From positions 1 through 64,000 of the forward strand of contig JALAGF010000347.1 of the NCBI GenBank assembly GCA_030167865.1: 64,000 nucleotides of DNA, in the 5' to 3' direction. A program made the position numbers and the translations under genes. Below the pieces are notes generated by a model. The model did no database searches and had not been told where the DNA came from. It saw only the letters and a list, made by a program, of their open reading frames with translations. This document shows positions 47,820 through 58,000 of this stretch, in pieces; positions within the stretch are counted from its first letter, which is position 1; the number at the start of each line of letters is the position of its first letter. The DNA comes from Craspedostauros australis. Taxonomy: Eukaryota.

Positions 47820-49850
47820 ATGGAGAGAGGGGTGGAAGACCATCGAAGCAAAAGCAGGAACATGCCATCTATGAATCCAATACATTCATCAGCACCATCA
47901 GGTGCAGCATCAACAACATCGTCAGTGACAACAACATCATCCGTGACGACGACTGCCCATGATGCACTTCAGGCCAAGCAATCTCTCATCTCCAACAATT
48001 ACAAGCCTCCCGTGCCGACCAACGTCCAGGAGTATGTGCGGTTGATGAGTGCAATGTCCAGCTACAAAGGTGACGACGATGACATTGACAATAACGACGG
48101 CGACGCTGGCAGTGGCGAGCCATCATCATCACTCCAACACAAGCGTAGGAGCAGGAAGTTCAAGCCAAGAAAGCAAACGGCGCTCGTAAATCTCGGATAC
48201 GCATGCCGGGTGGCGGCAGTGGCTCGAATCCTTAACTCCTTCATTCAGTTCCATACAACACTCTCCTCAAACAGCAACAGCGGCAGTATCAGCAACGGCA
48301 CGAAGCAGCCTGCCGATGACATTTCCTCTCCAACAGTTAACATCGTCATCATGGGATGCGGCCTGGACATCATCGGAATGTGGTGCCATTCCTTGGCACG
48401 GTCCCATGTGCGCGTCATTGAGCTGGACGTACCCTCTATTTGCACACTCAAACGCGACATTCTCTTGAAGCAGAATATCGTGGTGCCAGTGGAAGAAGAG
48501 GAAGAGCCATCGTCCAAAACCGATGACCGTGTGCGCTTTCATGGCACCATCGTGGATGCGACAGAATCCACCACAACGTCGACAGCGGCAGAGACGCCAA
48601 ATGTGTGCAACTACTCCCTGCTGTCCGTCAATTTGCGGAACGGCGATGATGTCAAACAAGTTCTCCACGAGGTGATGCAGACGCACAGCAGCGATTCCGA
48701 ACCACTGGCAAATACTACTCATGCTGCCCCGACCTTCATACTATCGGAACTCGTCATTTCCTATCTATCCGCACGAGAGACAAATGACCTGCTTCATGTC
48801 TGCAGAACTGTGTGCGATCAATCGCCCAACAGCATCTTCGCAGGATTGGAACCGTTCGCGCCAACAACAACAGACACTTCTGAAGTCAACACTGCAACTG
48901 CAACTGACAGCGATGGCAGGGTGGCAACTCCGATCATCAATGTTCTGGATGGATACGTGAATGCGTACTGTCACAAGTTTGAAGCCAAGTTATCACGAGG
49001 CTATGCGACAACTTTAGGTCCGAATGCAAACGATCCACCGTCAACAACAGCCACGCCTGCATCGTTGCAATCCTTTCAACCGCTCGGTGCAACATGCGCA
49101 GAGATCGATTCCAGACTGGTCCAGGCTGGCTTCCACACCTCCCACACTCATCATCTGGGGTTGGCATTGAGAGGCTGTCCCATTGCCACGCCCGAACTTT
49201 TCGATGAGCATGCTGCATTTCTGTTGCATGTGCAGTCCTATTTTGTGACATGCGGATTCGCAGCCAATGCCGACGTCGTCTTGGAACGATTGTTGTGCCC
49301 GTCATCCTTTCCGAAGGACGTTGCGCCACGGCTGAATTTGCAACGCAAGCACATCCTCACTGTGATCGAACCTCGCGATGACGGTGCCATCCGTAGCTTG
49401 TTCGAATGCACGTATCGACACCAGACGCAAGAGTTCACCGCAGTCCGCAAGATGGTCAAGGCGGCGTTGCGCAAGGATCTATCCACGTCCGAATCGACAA
49501 TCGGGGTGCGGTATCGACAAAATGGTGGCTGTTTCCTGGTTGCCATTCAACAGCAACAACGTGAAGTGTTGGGATTCGTTGGATTCCAACGATGCTGCCA
49601 GGCTGATACGGCAGAGATCGTGCGGCTAGTTGTAGATGAGAATCATCGACGGAGAGGCATAGGGATGGAATTGCTGGACATTGCCGCGTGTGCTGCGCAA
49701 CGGCGCGGCTACACCAAGCTGCGGGCGACGACCATCGACAAGCTGGAAGGTGCGCGTGCCCTGTACCAACGTTTAGGATACAAGGAGATCGAGACGGCCG
49801 ACATCGGGTCGTCGCTGATGCTGCACACCTTCGAGAAGGCAATTGCATGA
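47820..49850 (+). CDS. Leucine carboxyl methyltransferase (LCMT/TYW4-like) domain fused to a GNAT acetyltransferase
   Basis: TAHDALQAKQS, NLGYACRV, IVIMGCGLD, ELDVPSICTLK, PTFILSELVISYL and ELFDEH match LCM motifs. RLVVDENHRRRGIG...ARALYQRLGY is a GNAT. Start uncertain (47820 or 47862). Confidence 0.85.
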   Translation: MERGVEDHRSKSRNMPSMNPIHSSAPSGAASTTSSVTTTSSVTTTAHDALQAKQSLISNNYKPPVPTNVQEYVRLMSAMSSYKGDDDDIDNNDGDAGSGEPSSSLQHKRRSRKFKPRKQTALVNLGYACRVAAVARILNSFIQFHTTLSSNSNSGSISNGTKQPADDISSPTVNIVIMGCGLDIIGMWCHSLARSHVRVIELDVPSICTLKRDILLKQNIVVPVEEEEEPSSKTDDRVRFHGTIVDATESTTTSTAAETPNVCNYSLLSVNLRNGDDVKQVLHEVMQTHSSDSEPLANTTHAAPTFILSELVISYLSARETNDLLHVCRTVCDQSPNSIFAGLEPFAPTTTDTSEVNTATATDSDGRVATPIINVLDGYVNAYCHKFEAKLSRGYATTLGPNANDPPSTTATPASLQSFQPLGATCAEIDSRLVQAGFHTSHTHHLGLALRGCPIATPELFDEHAAFLLHVQSYFVTCGFAANADVVLERLLCPSSFPKDVAPRLNLQRKHILTVIEPRDDGAIRSLFECTYRHQTQEFTAVRKMVKAALRKDLSTSESTIGVRYRQNGGCFLVAIQQQQREVLGFVGFQRCCQADTAEIVRLVVDENHRRRGIGMELLDIAACAAQRRGYTKLRATTIDKLEGARALYQRLGYKEIETADIGSSLMLHTFEKAIA

Positions 49851-50065
49851 AGCAAGAGCCGAGTACCCCTCAAAATGTAATTGAAAAATTAACAGAGTCC
49901 GCCGTGTTGCGGAACGAGTATGGAAGTAGAGTACGAGTGCGATGCCAGTATTTGATGCAAACGTTGAATTACTATCACTACGAGCACATTATAATACTAA
50001 CATACTCGATCTAATGATGCAGAAGACAGGCTCGTCGGATCAGCGGTCGCATCAGCAGAATGAAC

Positions 50066-51355
50066 CTAGGCGAGGGTCTCCTCAGCGAACTTGGAGAAGG
50101 CCTCGACGGTGCGGACCTCGCTCTCGTACTTGACGACGGATCCGTCTGGCTTGATGACGTTGACGGTTGGGAAGGATTCGGTGTTGAGGTTGGCCTGGAC
50201 GAATTCACGCTCTTCGTCTCCGCGGAAGCTGTAGACATCGAGGTCGGAGTCGGCGGCGAACTTCTCGAACTCCTCCTCCATGTTCTGGGAGAACTGGCAC
50301 CATGGGGCGTAGACGACCATGACGGCTGGCTTGCCGGCCTTGACGGCCTCATCAGCGGCGCCGGTGGTCTCGATCTTCTTGACGGCGGACTTGTCGGTCT
50401 CCCAGAGGTCGCGGTCCCAGGTGCGCTCGGCTCCGGCAACGTGGATGCCGCACTCGGTCTTGGTGGATCCGTCCTTGTTGGCGAGTCCGACGAAGCGTCC
50501 CTTTCTCTCGCTGGCGTAGTCCAACCACTGGGTCTTGTCACCTTCGAAGGAGAAGTCGGCGAACTTGACGCTGCCGTCTTCCGGGATCGGGATGGTGTCC
50601 TTGGCATCACCGATGCTTGGGTATCCCTTGGCGTGGAGTGGGTGGTGCGGGATCTCGTACTTCTTGATGTAGTCGAAGGTATCCTCGAGGGTCCAGTACG
50701 CGAGCGGGTTGCACTTGGCGAGTCCACCTCCGATTGGGGCGTTCTCGAACATGTCAATCCAGGCACGCTCGAATCCCTGCCACCGGGTGCGTCCGTTGAT
50801 CATGCAGTCGGTGTTGAGGGTCTTGAGTCCGCGCTGGAATGGCTCAACCTTGCAGACGCGGTCGTACTCCTCGATGTTCTCCTTCCAGAGGTCGGCTCCG
50901 TAGCGCTTGTCGTAGGCTGCCTTGTCGGCGATCGGGATGCCCTCGGCACAGAAGACCTCGGCCTTGAAGTTGTAGAACTCCTCGATCTCCTTGAGGAAGT
51001 CCATGGTCTCTGGGAAGAGGTGGAAGGTGTCGACGACCATGATCTTGGCCTTGCCGCTCTCGAGGAAGCCGAGGCGGTGGAGAAGGTGGGTGATGACGAC
51101 GTCACCGGCGATCATGGCGTTGGGGAAGACTGCGTTCTCGTAGTTCTCGCAGGAGATCTTGAGGGCGTACATGGCCTGCTCCTCGAGGTGCTTGAGGCGC
51201 ATATCCTTGGTCTCCTGGATGAACTGCTCCTGGTCGAAGCTGTCGGCCATGTTCATGGTGGTGGTGGGGGTCGTGGAGAAGGCTGGCTTGGTTGGGACGA
51301 AGGCGGCGGCGAATGGGGCGGCGCACAACGCGGTGAAGGCGATGATGTGCTTCAT
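50066..51355 (-). CDS. APR: Plastid adenosine-5'-phosphosulfate reductase, APR-B-like, with a C-terminal thioredoxin-like domain
   Basis: Presequence AAAFVP; VDTFHLFPET, KVEPF, GYPSIGD and ERKGRF..KTECGIH; Trx-like YAPWCQFS...SFPT. Confidence 0.93.
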   Translation of the reverse strand: MKHIIAFTALCAAPFAAAFVPTKPAFSTTPTTTMNMADSFDQEQFIQETKDMRLKHLEEQAMYALKISCENYENAVFPNAMIAGDVVITHLLHRLGFLESGKAKIMVVDTFHLFPETMDFLKEIEEFYNFKAEVFCAEGIPIADKAAYDKRYGADLWKENIEEYDRVCKVEPFQRGLKTLNTDCMINGRTRWQGFERAWIDMFENAPIGGGLAKCNPLAYWTLEDTFDYIKKYEIPHHPLHAKGYPSIGDAKDTIPIPEDGSVKFADFSFEGDKTQWLDYASERKGRFVGLANKDGSTKTECGIHVAGAERTWDRDLWETDKSAVKKIETTGAADEAVKAGKPAVMVVYAPWCQFSQNMEEEFEKFAADSDLDVYSFRGDEEREFVQANLNTESFPTVNVIKPDGSVVKYESEVRTVEAFSKFAEETLA

Positions 51356-52089
51356 GATGTTGGTTGTATTTGTGTTGTGTTGTGTCGTGTCGTTTGTCGT
51401 TAGACTTGGACCTGAGTTGATTTTATGTCGATGTTGGCTGAAGCAAAGATTCTTTGTTTGGGAGTGTTTCGGATTTGCGTTGTGTGCTCTTTGGGTGTTG
51501 CACTTTCCTTTTTGCGTTTTGCGGCTGCGAGTACGTTTTGGGTTTGGCGCAATGGTTTTGTGAGGTGCGTGCACCTGTGTCTCTCTGTCTTTTGGTTGGA
51601 ACAAGAAGGATTCGATTCGGAGGATGCTGACGGTCGAGGCACAGAAAAACAAACGTGGGACGCAGGGTTCGGAGGTTCCCGGAGATTTGACACCACCGAT
51701 CGTGTGTTGGTCTGTCGAGTCCAATCCCATTCAACCACGATACAAGGAGCAACTGTGGGTATCCACGCTGCGTGTGCGGTGGCATTGCTGTGACGTTTGT
51801 TTTCTGTGGCTGGGAGGCGCCGACACCAAAGATACTTCGAGTTGACGAACGAGAGGTCTCAAGATACAGAGTTCGTACCGTTGTGTCCGATTGTCGTGTT
51901 TCTTGCGTGTGGGTTGGCGGACAGGCGATACTGCGCTAGTTGACGCTACAATATTGAATCTAGAGAGTAGCGCTCACTTGATTTGCTTGCAGAACATATG
52001 CACTGTACGACTCTGCCTCGACCCGCGTACCACACTTTGGTTCTACCGCATCGTGTCTGCACTCGTGCACTCGTTTACCTCAACTCTCC

Positions 52090-55000
52090 TCATGGCTGCT
52101 GATGGCAAATCGCATGAGCTCTGGTCGGTGGCATTGATGGGATGGCATCAGCCTCGGCCAATAGTCCGTTGCGACAGCAAAACAAGTTGTCTGCGTCGAG
52201 AGTCTCTTTCAGACCCTTCATGACGCTGAGCATCGTGGGCGATGAGCGCTCCTTCAACAAGGACGATCGCAGCTTGCCGATGCCATGATGGTGACTCAGC
52301 GAGCCGCCGTGCTCCAGAATGGCCGCCTTCGCGGCATGCTCGAGATCCGAGTAAGTGTCGCTCGGTTTTGGAACGCCTTCGATGCTGATGCAAAGGTAGA
52401 AGTAGATGCACGCCCCTTCGTGGTAGAGCTGGGTGATGCGGCATCCGACGAATGGAGTGCCTGGCAGGTTCCGCGCAAAATGCTCTTTCGTGATGCGATC
52501 GTGCGTGCTGCTGATCACGGTCTCGATCTTGGACCACGGGACGAAGGTCTCGAAGGACTCGCCCAGCAAATCGTAGTTCATGGCGAAGTCCCGTAGGTAC
52601 GCGATCATGAACGTGAGCTCGTATCCCGACTGTCCAACCCTGGATCCCAGAGAGATCCCGCCATGCTGCGTTGCCAGTCTGGCGATCTCGCGCTGTTGGC
52701 TTGCGACCTCTGCGGCTCTGCCTTCGTAGGATATGGTCGCGCAGACGACGGAGTGCGGGTGAAACGTTCCGTTACCAACCACGGAGGTCAGGGCGAACTT
52801 CATGAATGACTCAACTGCGCTGGTCACCATGCCGTCCGAGTCGGGGCGCAGGGCCTGACCCAGGCGGAAGTGAGCGTTGTCCATCAATCGGATGCTGGCG
52901 GGTGCCAGAGCACCGAGCTTGGACACGTCATGGACGAAGCTCAAGCCAGTGCCGAATGACGGCAGCAAGATGCTGTCGAACTTCTTCACCTCTGGCAATG
53001 GCCAAACGCGGATGATCGCTCTGGTGATCACTCCCAAACAACCTTCTGAACCCAAGATCAATGACAGCATATCCAATCCTTCTGACATGCGCCCTGGCAC
53101 CGTTCTCGAATGGCACCGTGCCGACTCAACGAGCTCGCCCCCCTCCTGCTGGGTGGAAGTCACAAAGGTCACAGACTTCACGATGTCCTCGATGTTGCCG
53201 TACTTGGATCGTTTCATCCCGCTGGCCTTGGTCGCGATCCAACCGCCGAGCGTGCTGAATTCGTAGCTGTCTGGTTCATGCCCGATGGTGAAGCCACGGC
53301 TGGCCATCTCTTCGACGAGCTCCTTGCCCGTGATGCCAGCCTGAACCTGCGCAAGCCCGTCCTCCTCGTTGAGCCAGAGCACCTTGTTCAGCAGCTTCGT
53401 ATCCAATGCGATAATCGAGCGTGGCTCCTGTTCGTACGTCGGACATCGTGTTGCCGATGTAACGTTCGTTCCACCACCGACTGGGATGATGCACCACCCT
53501 CGTTGTGTCGCCAGCTGGATCAATCGCGACATCTGCTCTTCGGATGAAGGCCGGGCCACGACGTCAGGAATACGATGCAACGTACCGTATCGGAGAGCGT
53601 ACACATCATTCTGAGAATGGCCGCTGCACTGCCTTGCGCGATCCCACGGGTCCGTGGACACATCACCCACGACCTTTCGTATCTCATCAAGGTCTGATTG
53701 GCCGAGTTTGCAGTTGGTGTTGGTGTCGCTGTCGTATAGGGAGGGATCGAATGAGCATGCGGCTGGTTCGGTCATGAGGTTGATCTTCACACCCATTTCA
53801 TTCTCGATAAACGGCAGCAACTTGCGAATGCGCTTGTTACAAAGCCTGTACCGTGCCCCCTTCATGGTCACGTACGGTCTCCCCTTGCTGTCCGATGCAA
53901 CGATGAATCCAGAATCACCAAAGCCCCAATACCCCAGCTTTTCAGCGCCGTTGGTGTCGTTGATGCCGTGCTTCGCATATCGCACCAAGTTATCGCTGGG
54001 CGCTGATGTCGATGATGCCATCAGTGCACTGATGGTGTGAATCCCACTATACTGCAAGGCTTGCAATGCCTGCAATGCTTTACATGCAGCAGCATACACC
54101 AACATGCGCGGGAGAGATGCATCCTGCCTCAACGCGATCTGCATGACATGCTCCGCCGTCGTTTTGCTTGTCATCCCAGATTGTTGCAATTTTTCAACTG
54201 CGGTCTTCGCTGCCTGGTCTGCACCATCAAACAACTCGATGAAGCCTTTCAAGAGGGCATTCGCACACGCATTCGTGGTCGCGCTCGGGTTCATAGATTG
54301 TGACTTCTCCGTCAGTTGAGGACTCGTCAACTTGAATCTGCTCCGCACCAGATCAGTGTGGAACGCAAGCCACGATGACCACCGGGGCCTCGAAGCTGCC
54401 AATGAACTGGCCAGGATGTGCGAGAATTGAAATGCCACGGCACACAGCTCGCTACGATCTGTTGGGATGCCTGGAGGTCTTGGCATGCCATCTTCGCTCG
54501 GCGTCCCTTGATCGGAGCAGCAGCAGCAGCATGGTGGCTTGAAGTTGCACCTGAGCTCAACCATACCATTTTGGACTGTGTTCGAATCTAGTTGCAACAG
54601 GCGGGAGATAGCCTCCACATGGTAGTCTGTCACAAACGTTTGCTGTTGCTGTCCAAGCTGGATGTCTTTCGCAAGCGCCTTGTAGCAGCATGCGGCAGGA
54701 TCATGTCCGTTGGGCATGCGAATGGGCTGATCGGCAGCGATATGAATCTTCCCAAGCTGCACGAATCCCTTGCCAACTTGCTGGTTGCGCCAGTAGGTTG
54801 TTATACAACAGTGTGCGTTCCAACGTTTGGGGAATAGGGAGAGGCGATTTGGTAACGGACGGTCAAGAGAAAGGGAGTCGCGATTAGACACACTGTTGAA
54901 TTGCGTGTCGATAGGTACTCGCACATCGGAGCAAATGGTAGAATTGGACACACAGTGGAGAGCACTGTTTGTGTCCGGCGCTTATTGGGATGTTCAGCAC

Positions 55001-58000
55001 ACACAGCACATTCCAATCCGCAGGCACATTAACCCACGGCACACAAAAAGCACGGATCGGACCAAGCCAAACCAGACCAAACAGACCCACACGCAGCAAG
55101 GAAGGCAAGGCAAGGCCAAACGCTGTGCTTCGACCATAGAGTACAGTGTCCGCTCACTCACCATCAGCCATGCCAAGAGACCAGAGAGGCTCAGGTGGTT
55201 GCGATTCGCGCCGCCTGCTTCGGGCACCAGCAGACTCTGTTCTGGAATGACTTCGTAGTTGATGGAAATGGGGACCACGATATGACTACCACCCGATTGC
55301 TGAAGATGCTTGAGAAATCCTGTCTTGGGCTCGAGATATCGTCGATCGCGGCTTCGCTTGCCCTCGATGAACACCTCAAAGCATGGCACCGATTGCTGAC
55401 TGGCGTCTTCCTTCATACTCCTCAGCTGGCTCGTGAGAGCAGGGTCTTCAGTTTTCCTTCCTCGTTTCACGTACAATGCACCCATGCAGCGTGCGAGGAA
55501 TCCAACGATAGGCATGCGTTCAAAGTCAGTGGCTGCTGCGATCATGGGCAGTTCGATCCCCATCTCCGGAAGTGAGAAGATGGCGTAGCTCAGCAGCATA
55601 AAATCGAAAAATGAACGATGCGTCGGAGCAAGGACGATCGTCGTCATCTGGCCATGATCCTCGGACGTCGCTTGTTGAACGGCTTGGAGGAAGAATTCCA
55701 TGTCGAAACTCACTTCCGCGCAAGTCCTTCTTAGTATGTGCGAGAAAAAGTAGCCAGTGAGCCGGAAGACGATGTTCCCTTTCGGCTGCGACATAGCCCA
55801 ACCGAAGTCGCTCAGGCATCGCGCGTGCCGTCGGCCACCGATCATCACTTCCATCCTTCCAGATGATGATTTGCAGTCTGTTCCCTTCTGACCAGCAGCA
55901 GCATGAGCATGAGCAGCAGCATCATTGTGCACTTCAGCGGATTTGCTTTGCGCCAACGAAGCTTGTCGCTTGGTGGCCATGTTGCGATTGAAGGCATGCG
56001 CGGCTTGCACGCAACGTGTCATGTACCTATCACCCTCAACAGTTGTCGGCGCAACCAGCTTGGAACGGAAGTGGTATGTTTTGTTCATGAATGGGAAGAA
56101 CAGAAGGGGCAAGTCGAGGTATCCCACCAACATGTTCAACGCCGGATTCTGCATGTCCAGGTAACGAAGCGCCGCCTGAACGAGATACATCGGTTTCATC
56201 ACCAGCCATGCATGAAGCGTCGCGAATGTCTCCCATCCCATCCCAACTCCCGGGAACAGCTTGGTTGCGAAGAGAAGTCCGATGAAGGCGACTGGTCGGC
56301 TGAAGTGATCGTAGATGGCTCCAATTTGACAAGTCGCGAGACTGTAGTCGGTCCACGTGAAGTGTGTGGACGGAGGAGAGCATGCGTCCCATGTCACATT
56401 GTGAATGGAGTGCCGTGGCACATCCTTGCAGGCAGAGGCATTTGGTTTTGATAGAGTCTTGGACCTGTCGATACGAAATGCTTCGTGACTGTCCCCGGAG
56501 GAATGGAAGCTGCTGATACCTGTCAGGTTCTCGGCGGGTCGGATCTTGACAAGATCGGAATCCTCGCTATCCACCTCGTCCGAGGAGGCCAAGGAGTCCT
56601 CTTGCGCAGCATCGGGAGACTGGACGGTGCTTCCGGCTGGACATTGGAAGGCCTTTTGCAGCACGCAGCGAGCCACCACGTCCACGGGGATGTATGGAAC
56701 TCTGTGACTTCCAAAGCACCACAGATTCCACTGGTAGAATAGATACAGGCTGGACGCAGCAACGATGGTTGATGGTTTTTGTCCGGCCCAACCTTCGGAA
56801 GGATTCTCAAGGGCAGGACCGACGATGCTGGGCCGCAGGATGATGGTCTGGACGGACGGATCGGCACGGCTCAATAGCAGACGTTCACAAATGCATTTGC
56901 TGAACGTGTACGTGTTCGGAAATTCCAAATCGTGCATTGCTTGTTGGGCGAACAGCTGGTTCCCAAGCATGGATCGGTAGATCTTCGCAGCAGCGTCGTT
57001 GTACAATCCGCCAAGATCGAACAATCCCTCGCCTAGGGGTCGTTCCGAACTCCCCGTCTGTCCGCCATGCACGAAGGCTGTGCTGATCTGAATGAATTTG
57101 ACGGATGGGTTTGACAGCCGGCCGGCAAAGTCCTGCATAATCAACGGCGCAGTTATGTTGGATTCCGCAGCTTCATCCAGGCTTTGCTTGAAGCTGACAG
57201 AGGCAGCGCAATGAATCACGACGTCGATGCTGTCATCTTGCTGGAGTTGCTGCAATGCACGTCCGTCGCAGATACCTGCATTGGATTTCGTTATGTCACC
57301 TTCCACAACTCGCACTAATGTTTCCTTCTCCGTGCTGGAGAGAAAGCCGAACATATCCTGGGATGCCAAGAGCTGCTGGATTCGTTGCTGCGCAGTCTTT
57401 TGCCGTCTTGGACGGCACAGCACGAGGATCTGTTCGATTCCAAAGCGTTTGCGATGCTTCAGCAAGTCACGCAGGATCATGGACCCCACAAATCCCGTTG
57501 CGCCCGTCAAAAATACTTTGCGTCGGCATGTTGCTGCATCTTGTGAGAGCACCGCATCCTGATTATCCGCAAATAGGGAATCGATGATGGGGTCGTCTTG
57601 ATTCTCATTATTCTCGCTGTCGTCCTTCGGCGCCGAAACCAAATGCTTCATGAACGGTCCGCTGCGTCCAAAGTAAAATGTGGACGCGGCTGACCTCAGC
57701 AGCATCAATCCTGCAATGTACAACGCGTACACCGCCATTGTCACTCGAATTGCGAGCCAACACGTTGACAGCACCAACGCTGCCACCGGCATGCAGCCCA
57801 TTGAACGCGCCATGATGGCAACTGCAATGATTGGGACGACTGTCCAAGTCGAAAAGAGTTTGATGCGGGTGCTTGCATTGCGCGAAGATGTAGGCATGAT
57901 GGGACGTCGTAGACAATCCGCCATGTGTTGCATCTGTTGTGAATTCAACTCCTGGCTGGCAATGGGAAGATACACGATATGATCCATCAAGTAATCTGTA

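Noticed and set aside
52090-54951. Stand-alone AGPS gene starting at 54951
   Set aside because: The first ~57 codons look intronic, the upstream acyltransferase would be truncated, and a canonical phase-0 intron joins the two ORFs. Not fully excluded without cDNA.
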